The notes under the pieces were generated by a model. The model searched no databases. It was not told the origin of the DNA and was given only the letters and a program-made list of their open reading frames with translations. Positions 28,365-42,128 of a DNA stretch of 64,000 nt are shown here, in pieces. A program made the translations under genes and the position numbers. The first letter of the stretch is position 1, and every line of letters begins with the position of its first letter. The DNA comes from Catajapyx aquilonaris (taxonomy: Eukaryota), in assembly GCA_000934665.2 (NCBI GenBank), contig KZ537997.1:62001-126000 (forward strand). Direction: 5' to 3'.

Positions 28365-29242
28365 CTGCTAAAATGATTCTTGAAATTAATCCCGAGTGAA
28401 AGTTTTTCATGCAAACTTTAATTGCCTGAATGAAAGGTTGTGAGCTATATTATTCACTACAACTTAATCAATGTTGTAATTAAATTACAAACCATTATGA
28501 TGATTTCAGTTGCTGTAAATTGATTTTATTGGGACTAAGGCTGAAAAAGCTGTGGTGACATTTGTTGTAGTAGATTATGTGTAAATAAATTGAGTAAAAA
28601 ACATCTCATTTTTTGTTATTCATATAACCTGAATCCATTCAAGCATGCAGCGCATTAGTAAAAATACGGTAGGCGGATTTTTGAGGGAATTATATATTTT
28701 TGTGGCGAAATGGACCGTTGATCAGAAAAATCATGAAGAAGGTGCCCTGCGTAAAGGTTTGGCCTTTACTATGGTACCGTACTCGATATGATTGCATTAA
28801 AATTGTGGACATACGGGCACAGTAGCGTTCCCGACTTTGTCGCATTGCCTGCCGCCATGTTAGGAAAATGGCGTTCCCGAAAAGCCCATTTGAATTTCAC
28901 TTCAACTCGATGAAAAGGTCACTTCTAGGTCGAAAATGGTAAAATGACGAAGGTGCCATGCGCCAGATCATATCCTATTTTTTGGTGTAATTTTTGTGTC
29001 CATTGCACCATTTTTGCGGCCGTATGGCCGCAGAAGCGTAGACATGTCGAATCCCCATAATTATTCTGCCCATGCACATGCGAGTTGCCAAGTCCCTATT
29101 TGCATAATCCATGTGTAATTTAAACGGCACAATTAAAACTTACTTGCACTTTTAAATTCCGCAAGATAAATTATTTACTTTATTACCACTTTAGTGCACT
29201 GCCATGTTACATCCCATTTAGCAGATTCTAGTCATGAAAAGG

Positions 29243-31283
29243 TCAGCAAGAAGCACCTGTGTTCTCAGAAGCAACTGACTGCTGGAAGAGCTTGAAATGG
29301 AAGACTCTGTGAACCCATTCTGGATTTTTTGGGTCAATTGGTTCCTTCATGGTCCATTCTTCAAAGTCCACATCCCAATTCTCAGCCACAAGAATCACTG
29401 TATGAGTCCTGCATATAATATAAAAACATAACTATCAGATTAACATTTCTGAAAAGTAAAACAACAAAGGAAATTATGATTATCTGCCCCCACCTGCATA
29501 ATTTTTGTTCCGGACAAAATTTATGCCAGAATAATTTCGTTTCCCTGGCAATTTTGTGCAGCACAAATAAACACTTGTTCCAACCAGGACAATTTTTGTT
29601 CTTTTCACAAAAAGAAACAAAGTGAACACTCAGAAGGGAGCATCACCCAAAGTTCCGAATGTGTTTTTTTTTTTTTTTTTTTTTTTTCATTACCCCATTG
29701 GGATTTACCATAGCCTTTAGGGGGGTGGATTACCACCATCTGAAATTGGAGCCATATAAGATCTTATTTAATTACTCCATGGTAGGTAGGAGGGGATGTG
29801 CAAGTGCAATGTCTCTAACGGTCATTTTGTGAACTCCCCCGGGTGGCTTACTCTATCGGAAATTGCCACCCGAAATGAAGCCAGAGATGGCCCAACTCTG
29901 CACGGATAAAGGTGAGAACCCCGGGTGGGGATCGAACCCGGAACCTTAATATCCGTGGGCGCGAGTGTTACCGCTGCGCAACTTCACCTCCCCGAATGTA
30001 TTTTATTTAAACTGAACCCCCATCTGAAAATCATTTAGCTTACTTTAACCATCAATAATTGTGCTCGAATTATCACAAAATAATTCCGATAAGTACAGCA
30101 TGTTGGCCATCTTGTATTTCCATTTTGTGCATGGGACAATTATTTTGTGAAAAGTTCAAAATTGTGTACTTTGGAATAATTCCTAACGGTATAATTTTGT
30201 GCTCAATTTTTGTGCGCTTCTTTTGTGCTCAAAAATTATGCCGGTCGAAACAGGCCTTTACTTTATCTGACATAGCCCTTTAGCATATTAGACATCTACA
30301 ATAACAGCACAGAAGTGATACCGCTGTACTGTACCTTGATCCATATTTATTTTGTGGCGTGGTGACAAAATTAGAGCAGAGGCATCTGATGTCGAATCCT
30401 AAATTATTTCCAGGTTTATCCAGTTCTGGATCAGGATGATATCTGCAAACAAAATGGACAGTCAGTGATGTGCAACTCTATTGCATAAAAATAATCTCAC
30501 TTGGTATCACACTTGAGAAGATTAACGAGTTCCTGAATCAGCTCTGACTTATTCTGAGTGTCGGAATTCTCTCCTAAGATTTTCTCAAATCTTTTCTTAC
30601 TCTCTTTGACCTTCATAAGTGGATGTGGTAGCATTGAATTTCCAAAGGCATGTGTTCCCAAGGGCAGAGGATGGGGCTCAACAGCACTTTCTGGGGAACC
30701 ATTTGTGTAGTAGATTAACTGTGGCTCCTCAGTCTTGCTGAAAAACACGTCAACTTAAGTCCAAAATGAACTCATAAGTTTTCAATGTTCAATTATAATG
30801 TCATTCACCTGAAGTCCAGAGTAACCAAATTGAAATGATTGTATTCAAGTCCATGCTCAGCAATCTTTCTAAGGTAGTCCATTCCAGTAGTATCGGAAGC
30901 GAGGTAATCCGTAACAAGAAATCCCCTTCCTTTAGCATTATCCCTCTTGTCGGCTCCCATAAGGATATTCAAGATTATCCCAACCTTTCCTCGAGAACTC
31001 ATCCCCAACCAGGTGCCACCCTCCCTACCAGGCTCACGGTCTTGACCTAACAGATGACATTGAGCACAGTGTCTTCACATATACTTCTGGTGAAAAAAGG
31101 CCCAACTTACACTCCGCATAACAACAGGTACAGCATCTCACCTGCAAGTACATGCGGGTGATCCTCCCAGAAGCAGGCCTGTCTGGCTGGTCTTCTGTAA
31201 TACTCATCCCGGTTGGCTGCTAACACCAAGCGGTACTGACCAGGTGAAGGGCTTTGGTTGACATTCAGAAACAAGATGCACAT
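29243..31283 (-). CDS. TANGO2: Transport and Golgi organization protein 2 (NRDE family), 5 exons
   Basis: Exons 31283-31142, 31046-30809, 30737-30501, 30442-30335, 29408-29243. Starts MCILF; LAANRDEYY.RP, GGTWLG, GRGFLV, YGSRTHTVILV. Confidence 0.94.
29665..29991 (-). mobile_element. tRNA-derived SINE, family B copy 2, with poly(A) tail
   Basis: Minus-strand head gggaggtgaagttgcgcagcggt...gggttcgatccc; T-run at 29663-29687; ccgaatgt on both sides as a TSD. Confidence 0.8.
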
Positions 31284-32262
31284 GGTCACCCAAGTATGAC
31301 CTAACGTGTACAACTACGCATATATATCCCTGCAGTGCCGATAAGACAGCACGAGGTACGTCACGAGGCTAATCTGCACAGGTGCTGTTGTCTTCTCCCG
31401 TGACCTCAAGGCCCTGCGCAGGACGTGGCGGTTTCTTTGCCCACATCAGCTGTTTCAGACACGCTGCCAGACAGGCACTTGTTCATTCAAATGATGACGC
31501 GCGTTCTTACAAGTTAGTCAAACTCATGACCTCTCTCACCTTGAAAGTACGGTGCTATCTGTCGTTGAACAGTCAGATTGTTTTCTTGTCTAGTAAAATC
31601 AATAGGGCTAAAACACATAATCGGGAAACCAAATAATATTTATTCATTGATATCAGTTTATTAGAAGAAATACATGTAAAGAGGAAGTCACGATTATTTT
31701 TATTAACACTATACAGCTATAGGGCAATACATCGGTACAAAAGTAGTATTTTCATTAGTCCAAGTCCTACAATGCGAATGCGTGTAAATAATGAGATATA
31801 TGGTACAAAATCGTACATAGGATTATAAGTAACGACTGTCATTTTTAAATCCATTAATCTTAAAGGTGTTTTGAGTTAATTATGATGATACTCAACTCCA
31901 TTGTTTCACTCGCGTTGCAGGCATACATTGTTATTGAAACATCATTTGCATTTATTACGATGGCATTAGTACGTATTTAAGCCAACACACAAACAATTTA
32001 TTGAAGAAAATATTTGATTGAATTTTGTCTGCTGCATTGATTGGTACTATCCAGTCACCCTGACCCACATCAAACTTGGCTTTATTTTGCTATTTATTTG
32101 TTTCAGCCGGGTTTTTATGTAATATTTTTAAAAATTATGTCAACAATTATTATCAAGCAGAAACGCTCTGTTTATCATTTTTTTAGGTTGCCTACATGTC
32201 TGAATATATGGTATACTTTCGAGTGTGCATAAAATTGCATTAATTAGTTATAACCACCAAAA

Positions 32263-32315
32263 TACATACATACATACATACATACATACATACATACATA
32301 CATACATACATACAT
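32263..32315 (+). repeat. (TACA)n microsatellite, ~13 units
   Basis: Direct reading of the tandem tacatacataca run. Confidence 0.95.
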
Positions 32316-32753
32316 GCATGCCTGATGTCATGATCTCCCTCTTTAAAAGGGTAAACAGTAATAAAACAATGGTCAAAACTGATTACAAATACGACATTGA
32401 TCAGTCGTCAAAAAAGCCAGAGTTAATAACACACTGAGGACATACAAATGTGATAATTAATATAATTACCGCAAATTATTATTGCAACAAGAGTTATACA
32501 GTAAAATCCATAACCATATTTTCAACTGCATTGAACTAATCACTTAAACATGCGAGCATGTACAGTACTGTATTCCCTTCTGGGATTTACATGCAAAAAA
32601 TGACACATATAAGGATACATATAATACAACTCTAATTACATGGTTTGTACACTGAATTTGTACATTGAAATCAGTCTGAAGTCTGTACATGAATTGTGTT
32701 ATATTTTACATTGAACAAAAATCTTTATCAGGAGGCTGACTCGTCTGAGCTGA

Positions 32754-35700
32754 TCATCTCTCTGTGAGTTTCAGCAATGTTGGTTCACTCGGAACAGCGA
32801 TCATCCTCATAACCATGTCAACATCATTCTTGTTCATGATCTCCAAATTGTATGACTGAACCAGCTAAATAAAATAACATTTATTTACTTTCCTGAGAGG
32901 GCTTAGATATAGCATTTAAAAGAGATTATCTCATACTAAATACCACCTTCGAATTATTATATGAAACCTACCCTTCCAATGAGGACATACATCTGTAGTT
33001 CTGCGATCCTCCTGCCTATGCAAGACCTGGTTCCAAAACCAAAAGGCAGGCACGCATAAGCATCACTCAATGTCCCATGCGGTCCATTATCAGCTTGAAA
33101 GTTAGCACTATCATCTTCTGACCCTCTTTCCCACCTCTCAGGCCAAAAGCGTTGTGGTTCTGAGAAGTAGCTGGGGTTTCTCCCGTTGGTGTAAATTGAT
33201 AACAGGATGAGTTTCTGGTAAAGAACATTCAAAAATAAGGACTCTCTATTCACAGCAGCAATTATTGTGTAAAAAGTGTTCATGATATTTGCTTGTGAAC
33301 TTACACCTGCTGGAATCTTGTATCCTCCTAAGACACAGTCTTCAGGCAGAAATCGAGTGAGGAATGGTGCGATAGGATACAGCCTAAGCGCTTCCTTTAC
33401 CACACGCTTCAGGTATCCCAGGTGAGAAACTTGTGATGGAGTCAAAGGTTGTCCATCTGGACATACGCTCTGAACCTCTTTCAGCAGCTTCTCTTGCACT
33501 TCAGGATGTTTTCCCAGCAAATACAGGGCCCATTGAGCTGTGTATGAAGTCTGAAATAGAAGGCCTATGTTTGAGCAATATGTTTAACATTAAAAAGAGG
33601 AAGTGTGTTAAGAGACATACAGTGTCAGCAGCTGCCAGAAAGAGATCAGCAACGATTCTGACAATGTCTTCTTCCGACATGTTTTCTTCTTTCATCTTGT
33701 GGAGAATTCCATCCTGTTCGACAGAAGAGTGATCGGAACCAAGTTCCGAGAGCTTATTGGAGACAAAAGTTGTGGCTGAAATGAAATGATGCAAAATGTT
33801 ACACTTCATACAATGTGCCAACTTCCTGTGTGACACAGTACTATTGTTCAAACACTGAAGTACGTTATATATGGTCACATTGTATCTCGTGAGATAAAGG
33901 ATATATTGTACCAGTATTGCAGTGCAGTGCAAAGTAATCGCATCTCACAAAAATTTACTATCAATGACAAGCTTGAACTTTGAGATGTTTCTGATAATAT
34001 ACAGTATACGTATATACACCTGGAGGGTTATGGACCGTAAAATAAACATGTTGCTTACACATTCTTGCAAAAAAACGTAAATCGGAATTTTTAACTACAG
34101 GCTCTTGATAAAGACACGGAATTGCAATATTGCGATAAAATATGCGTGAAGGTGACATGCAACAGTTTCTCGCAGGAATGTGCTGACACTGACCTATTGA
34201 AAGGGCAGAATCAACAGCCTGCGTGAATCTTCTCCACACTGGAAGGTTAAGAGCTGCTGCCAGTTTCGGAGGTACGAGGGTCATCTGCGCACTTTCCTCG
34301 AATATCTGATGGATGTTGCTCACAAATTCTTCTTGGTATCCAGCGAATTCACTGTGTGTTCTCGTGAAGTTCAATCCAAACAGGAGGGCCATCAAGCCTG
34401 TAAAAAATTTGCTGAATTTTTATACTGTGTTACAGTGTTATAGTTTTCATTCCAAGTGTTGTCCATTGTAGCTTGGAATGTCTAAGGTTAGGAACCTGTG
34501 TGGACTGCAGCCAACGAGGAAGTAAGTCATGCCAAGAATGTACAATGCTACTTCTAGTGAATTGAGTAATAATTGCGGTACTCGGAAATGTCTGCTTTTC
34601 TCGAGGCTACTAACATACATTGGAATTTAGTTCATGACACGTATACAATGTTGCACTCACTTTCTATGGACCACCTATACAGTTCTTTGTCCAGAGACAT
34701 GATGACTCCATCCTTTCGACAGCTATCAAGACGGTTGATTGTTGATGTCACCACGTGGTCATAAGCTTGGTGGTAATCCACAAGCGTCGATTGTTTCAGT
34801 AGCAGTCGACTCAAAATTCTTCTGAACCACAACCATTCTTCTCCATCCCTGTATAAACATCATTGTTATTAATACTTTTATATTAATCTGAGTAAGCCCT
34901 GTCCTTGCTCATATTGGCGGTGACAGGAGTACCACCTTGAAGTCTATGAAATATCCACCGATACGGATTTGAGCTCAATTTTGATGTAATAACGTCATTG
35001 GGTAATTATAGATTTACACTTCGAATTAAATACCAGTAGTTACATTCAGTGCATGCGTATGAATCTTCCACGTATGTGGCTAAGGAAATGACCGGCTATT
35101 GGCCTTTCTCAGAGCATGTGGGGGAACAGGTCCGACAAGTTTCCCTGTATTCACATAGTCTACGCACACGCACACATCCGCACATTCGTAAGTGCAGTTA
35201 CACGTGCACATTCCATCACATTTTTTGGGCGGATAATCCCGGATATTGAAACACCATCTTTGTAACAACTTGAACTTGTCAAAAAAAACACTGATATCCA
35301 CCTGATGAAGATATGGCACAGGGAAACAATACACTACAAGAGGCATTGAACTCATTATATCTGGGCAAGATGATTTCGGCATGCGGAATAGGATAGCTTT
35401 CTCTCTCTCTCATACGTTGGAAGTAATATTGTGAAATTAATTTCCAGCCATGATATTAGTAAACAAGCTAATAAATCGGTCATGATATGCGGCATGCGCG
35501 ACCGACATGGGCCATTGGCGAATCTGACTCTTATCAAACATTTAGCAATAGGACGCCAAAGTCAACTCTGGCTGTTACAGCAAGGTTGATAACCCCTATG
35601 TGTACACAAGTCCTGTCATGTTCCATATTGTATGCTTACATGAAAAAAAGTCCTCTTCGACAGTGGTACTTCTCATTGTAGACAATCCAAGGCTCAGGTA

Positions 35701-36598
35701 GAAGATGCCTCGGATATTCACCTTCGTGTCTAAACACCTCACGTGTCATATCAGCATCCGCCACAAAAACCGCCTCAACTGTCCCCAACGTCTCTTTGTA
35801 AATCGGTCCCAACTGGGCATGCCTACTATTCACATACTCGTGAATTTTGGCCACCGATCCAGCCCGCATCAGGTCAAGGGTCGTCCCTAGGATAGGCAAT
35901 CCTCTTGGGGTTGGCACCTCCGAAAATGGCAACCCTTCTTCTTCCTTCAAACTAGCCCTGAAATGTACATCGGAATAGTTCAAGGTTGCCCCAAATATCA
36001 GTGCATGATGCAAACATATCCCTTCGAAGGTACTGTTCAGTCACAAATAGCCCGAGTCAGGAATATCTTGGAATGTCTCAGTTGCCTGAAATCTCTCATC
36101 AGGAGTAATCATGGGCGACATAATCGGCAAAAGGGGTAACTGATGGGGGTAGTTGGCACACGCCACCGTTTCCTAACTGATGTGAACCATTAGCCACTTT
36201 TTACCCCTTTTCTCCCACCCTTGCATTCCAGCCAGAATTTATTGAAGGATATAAATGTCTCAACTCCAGACACTTTTGGCCTAAATCCTAATTAATATGG
36301 CGGCTATGGGCTCCCATCGTGGAAAAAACCGGGTACGGCATGGAAGGTCAAAAGCACTCTTATTTTGGTTAGGGCCGTCGAAAAAGAAGCTAACTGACCT
36401 TGGTCTCCGAGGTCTTGTGGTGACCATGGACTTCGAAGCCTGGTTGAAAGGACATTGGTTCGCGGTAGATGCTGATTCTGTTGCTGCTGCCGCCGGCAAG
36501 GTGGACCGCTGACGGGTGAAGGGCAGGTTGCCCCGGGGCAGGCTTTTGTTGCCTCCATGGCGTTGCAATGTACCCCAAAGACATGCGATCTTCCTCAT
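32754..36598 (-). CDS. Cyp315a1: Cytochrome P450 315A1 (shadow, ecdysteroid C2-hydroxylase, mitochondrial clan), 8 exons
   Basis: Exons 36598-36399, 35957-35640, 34848-34661, 34397-34194, 33775-33621, 33550-33305, 33214-32972, 32864-32754. I-helix IVADLFLAAADTTS, EALRLYPIAPFLTR, PERW, heme motif PFGFGTRSCIGRRIAE, basic mitochondrial presequence. Confidence 0.88.
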
Positions 36599-39500
36599 GG
36601 CTGATTTTGGTGTCAGGCTGTCAGCTATAGGAAAAAAAATGTATTGCTGTCAATAAACTCTGGGGGTACCACGACAACAACACAGCAGCAATTTCTTGGC
36701 TGTAAACAAACAGGTGCATGTAATTTTCCACACGCAACCATGCATCATTAATCGACCCTATATTATGTAAGATGACTTTTTAACAATAGGTCACTGCATT
36801 TACATTGTTTCAAAAATGACTTGGTACCGACCCTGAACTTGAGCAAAAAAAAAAAAATCAGAATGACTCACACTACAATAATGAAAATTAAATGTCTAGC
36901 ATACCTGACCTGAGGGGAACTAACGGAGATTCACTGTTGTGACTGAAGGGTTTTTGGAAGGTGGAATGGGAGGATGGGTTTGAATAAGAAAGAATATAAC
37001 GGGAAAACAAGTGTAGACAAAATGTCACTCAACCAGATCATTCCTCAGGTCGCAGGCTGTCCCTTACTATCTGACCTCTTCATCTGGCAACTCGATAAAA
37101 AAAAATTGTATCTAAACCCCTTCTCTCAGTATTACATAATATGTTGACTTATCCTAACCACATTTTGCGCACCATGTCACATGTACACTACGTTGTTTTG
37201 GATACATATTGGAGACACGCCAATATGTTCACACTTCCGTTGTAAGGTATTTTTAAGAGCAGGATGTACTTTTGCATAATAATTGCCGGAACTTTCTAAT
37301 AGACATTTTTTTTATAAATAGCAAATATTGTGCTTACCTTATGTACGACACATACAGATGATTCGGTAGGAGCTAGAGGACGGTCCGCACTCACGCTAAT
37401 ACCAAGTTGCTCTGTTCATAAAGCAGCGGGCATCTGCCTAGTGGGCGCGGGAGGAGACGGAGGAGGAGGGACCAGAGGGCGGGGTGGTTTGGGTGGTGGA
37501 TAGGGGAGGAGGGCTGTTGGAGGGGATAGGTAAGCAGGGAGGGATAAACCAAGGGTGCACCAAACTTGCACATGGTACCACGTTGTACTGACAGGTGCAC
37601 TTAGTACAATAGGGTACAGGTGTGGCACATTCAATAAGAATGAGAACACTATATTTTTGCGTCATTTTTGTAAAATAGTGCATATTTTTTTTGTGAGGTA
37701 GGATACACTAACTGTAAGTGCGATTTCGCCAGCTTTTGCAACCGGCCCTGTAATCTGGGAGTAGCACAAAGGATGAAACAATCTGATCTAATCCACCTGT
37801 CGATATACAGAGGTCAAATTATTTGTATAACTCTCAAGTTGGGCAATACCGTTCCGGGTACGTTCCGGGTTCGGACTTCGTACGTGGCATATAAAGCTGA
37901 AAATACTTATAGCCTATTTGAAATAATTATTGTAGCAATTAATTAAATAGGTAGGCTAAATATTATATGCTTTTTGTCATATGTGCATATTTTAAAAGCT
38001 AATGATTTTTGATGATTTATTGTTGTAAAAGTCCATATATCATGTAATAATTTACGTCGCAAAGTATTTTACAAGGTGTATCAAATGACACCCATAAATT
38101 TTTGCAATCATTAAGATTGAAAATATCTGAAAGTCAGACAAGTCAAATGGGCAGACCAAAATATAGTCAAGTTCCAGACGCATAAGTCACGAGATATGTA
38201 AGGGTATGTCGATTCAAATACTCCTGGCACACTGTCCGTCACCAAATTAAAATGCCATAAATTTCAATGCGAAGTTGTATCACTCCGATACGAAACTTAC
38301 GGGGTTACACTCGATTTGAATAGATGACGTAAGTTAGTGCCCCAGACATCACTTATTGTTACAGCTCATATGCAACGGTATACGTAAGGAAGTCTGGCTA
38401 TTTGGTGCTTTGAAGGTCACGGTCGCAGACATTTCCGCATTTACTATTAGCACTTAGTTTTTACTATCGTTGATGTAAGAAACTGACTCATAATCTGTCT
38501 GGGTAGCCAAGGATGAAACCAATATTTCTGCTTAGAAAAGGTTGTTAGTTTTTTTTCTGGAATTCCCAGAATCGCCCATTGGCAAAACAGCCTTTCATAT
38601 TACATTATACAGTACAGTGACTTAAGATAGCTAATCAGTTCGCCCTCTAACATATGACAATAACTGGTGCAAGTTGCATTTGGAATTCATCGTTTCAGCA
38701 CTTTTTTTTAAAAAAAAGAGACGAAGTGGTCAAGGAGAGGTCATCAAGGATTGCCCAAATCTACACTTGATACAAATATACACATAAATATAAAGCTAGG
38801 GTTAAAAATAAGTGGCCAAAATTAATTTTGTTTAATGGATAAGAGCAAAAGTAGCTTCTGAACTCTGGCAGAATTCCAGGACCTAAAGAAAGCGGAAAAA
38901 AGGAAGCTTGGGAGTTGTTCGTAGCGTTGCATGGGAGACATTGACCTCTCCATCAGTATTCATATCCCCTCTCCGCCTTCCTTAAGTGAAGCCACATATG
39001 TTGTTAGCTCCTCCTCTGACGGTTCGCAATATAACATGTCCTTTCTTATAAGATGAAGGACATTGTCAAAAAATTGCCAACTTATTTTTTTCTCTAGTGT
39101 TTATGTTAGTATATGCCTACCTAACAATGCTGTACTGTACATGTGGATATTTCGAGCCGTCTCTTTGGCGGCCAATAACCGGACCATACCCTAGAGACTT
39201 TCGGCCGACTTTTACTCCAAAGCCGTCCAAATATTGACATTGTCCTCCAGCTTTCCCATTGTGTCCACCCCTAACCTTTCCCTCCAAGGTAGTAGCCTAC
39301 CACAATAATTTACAACCACCATAGTAGTACCCTTTGGGGAACCCTATAATAAACTCATGTCTCAATTAGGTCTCGTCGAAACTGAAAGCAATAAAAAAAA
39401 ATCCTAGTGTCAACTAGTGTATTCCGACACCTGCTTCCAGTACAGGGTACCGCCTGTCCGAATGATTCCCACGGTGCAGCTTAATTTGTCGGCAGCTGTA

Positions 39501-42128
39501 TAGAAGGACAGGACCTATTGGAGCAGGGGATTGAAAAGGGATAGCTTCCCTTTCAAGTTCATGGTCAAGGATTTGGGCAAGGGGATGGGGTGTTTGAATT
39601 TATTGTGGAGCACCCACTCAGGTGTTCAGTTATCCACTGGGGGGACACAAGAGTTGATGAAGGAAGAATAGGGCAGTAGCTGGTGGGTGGGGTTGAACCA
39701 GAAGGACCAGAGAGGGTCCCTTCTTTAAAAGAAATTGAAAACTGGGCCCTCAGGTATTCTTTCCGGGCAGTAAACGGGCAATTCATAACCTTACTTAACT
39801 AGACGTTTCAATTGCACCTTTTGTATTGCCTTCCCATTCAGAAAATGGGGGGTAATCAGACACTACAGTGAAATACCAAAAAAAATTTGGTTGAATAAAT
39901 ATTTTCGGACCATATAAACATGACCTGCCACACTTCAACTCTTGAAAAGCGCCAAATAGAAACTTGTTTTGTAGCATCCCAAGCTTTACCCTTCCCAAGG
40001 GAAAAAGAGTTGGAAAGTGTGCTTCCGGGCGCCTTCTACCTGTGGAGACCCCCCCTGTATGACCTGAGGAGACGGCTACCCTTGAAGGGAACCAAGGGCG
40101 GCGATTTTGCAGACTCGGAAACTTGGGCCTAAGCTTGGTTAACCTTGGCCTTGGAAAGTATTAGGCCTGGGTTACTCCCTATCATACACGCTTTCACCTT
40201 ACGAAGGCTACTGCTTTGTGCCATGGACGAATGACGTGTGTTGCACCTTGCAAATTGGTGTGACTCATTCTTAATAGGCTCAGAAGGATTATGTGATACG
40301 ACATACTGGGTCAACAGGAAGTCACCTGTAAGCTCTTGACACGGTTAAATCGTGGTGGCCTTTCATTTTTTAATAAAGAAACTATGTTATAATAAATTAT
40401 GTAACTAGTTCATACTCACAACCACCAGAGGCGCTGCCTATTACGCAGGCGCAGAACGGGGGCCAATTGAAAGCGTTGAGTAAACAATGTAAGGGAGCCA
40501 ATCAGAAACCTCGGTTTTGGCGGTAATATTCTCTTTTCTAAAGCTGACCATGTGCTATTAACTTCGACAGACAACCTGTCTCGATCTGTGTCCCTTGTTA
40601 CCTTGTAGCGTGTCTACGATGCTTGCGGCGTAGTTGTACCGGCGTAGCATCTCAGACACCATTATCAGCTTTGCTTTCGAAGGTCGGTCAAAAATAGGTA
40701 ATCCTACGTTTAATCCTATTCGGTAGGTGGACCTACATGGCGTAAAGTCGGTCTGTGGGTCGCGACTCGCCGTACGTGTATTCTTCTGCTTCTAAGGGAC
40801 GTCAGATTTCTGAACCAGAAAGGGCGGTTTGTCCTTTCGGAACTTACCTGTTTCTCCTAGGAGACCACTAAAGCTGAGTGAACTGTGCCTGTAGCAAACT
40901 AGACCTTGGAGACTATAGCCGGCAGCCTTTTAAGGTTTATAAAGTAACGTAAATACCAGTAAAAAAACAAGTCTAAAATAGAAAATACTGTTGTTCAAGT
41001 ACGTATATAAGTAACTCAAAGGTCCACATTACTGAAGCTGCAATTACGTACCTTATTGTGCCTTATTTGTTGCTTAGAATTTTTTGTCTCAGTTTTTATA
41101 CGCATTTCTTCGGTCAGTAACTGAATAGATTCTTTAATTGGAACGAGTTGATGGCTTGTGACCATGAACTTTGGACGGATGCCCATCAATATACTGCATA
41201 TATCATGTGAGTGAGATATGTTTAGCGACATTTAATATGTAGGTCGAATACTCTATACGATTTCCAGCAGCGTGTTCGCTTATTGAGTTCAGTTTATGCA
41301 GCAGGGCATTAGAAAAGGTGCTGCTTATCTCGTAGATTTCTAATTACAAATATGAATTAAGTCTGTAGTATGCAGATGAGAGAAATTTTCCGATTATGTA
41401 TACCGTATAGGAATTTTCTCCTTATTTTTTATTCATACAGCTGGTCGGTCACATTTGGCCAAACAAGCGGTACATCCTGGGAGATATGGAACCCTCCGCA
41501 CGAGCATGGATATACCCTATTCAAAATCCAAGAGATGCCTTCGTAATAACCGGGCCTTCACTGCATACGTATAGTGGCATATGATGCAAAAACTATATGC
41601 TACCAGTTGCTCTAGTTTCATACCGATATAGTAATGTCAAAGGGTATGCAAACTGGAATATGCCCGAGAACGAAAGCCTATATGTCTACCTAATCGGCCA
41701 TACATACTTATCACCCTTCAGTATTACCTTGATAAGAGGTTATTCATCCTTTCTTTAAACACATCAGGTTGATGAGATCACACTATTGATGCACCTGCAT
41801 TTGAAGTTAGAATTCTCAGAAGTGATTCGTAACAATATTCATAGGTGATAATAACTTTATTAAACACAGTATGATACACAAATTACATATTGCAACATGC
41901 AATATTTTGTCACTCCTCAACGCTGCATTGCGAGTGTCTCTGCAGTCATGTAGCGTGGGCCTTCTGTTGCCGTATTACTATATTGCAACTCTCATCTACG
42001 ACCTTAAAAAGTCGTTCCCTTGTGTGAGCTGACAGTGAGCTGCATTTGGGACAGCAATGGCAGAGAGCTGCATTTATTATACTGTACAGTATTATACCAA
42101 GATGAAACATCAACATGCCGCAGGGGAA

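Noticed and set aside
36395..36403. Perfect FTZ-F1/SF-1 site (CCAAGGTCA, minus strand) in shadow
   Set aside because: Coincides with the exon 1 splice donor AAG|GTCAGT, which explains it.
41760..41830. Candidate SECIS after the TGA-containing block
   Set aside because: The hairpin lacks properly spaced apical AA and the non-Watson-Crick quartet geometry.
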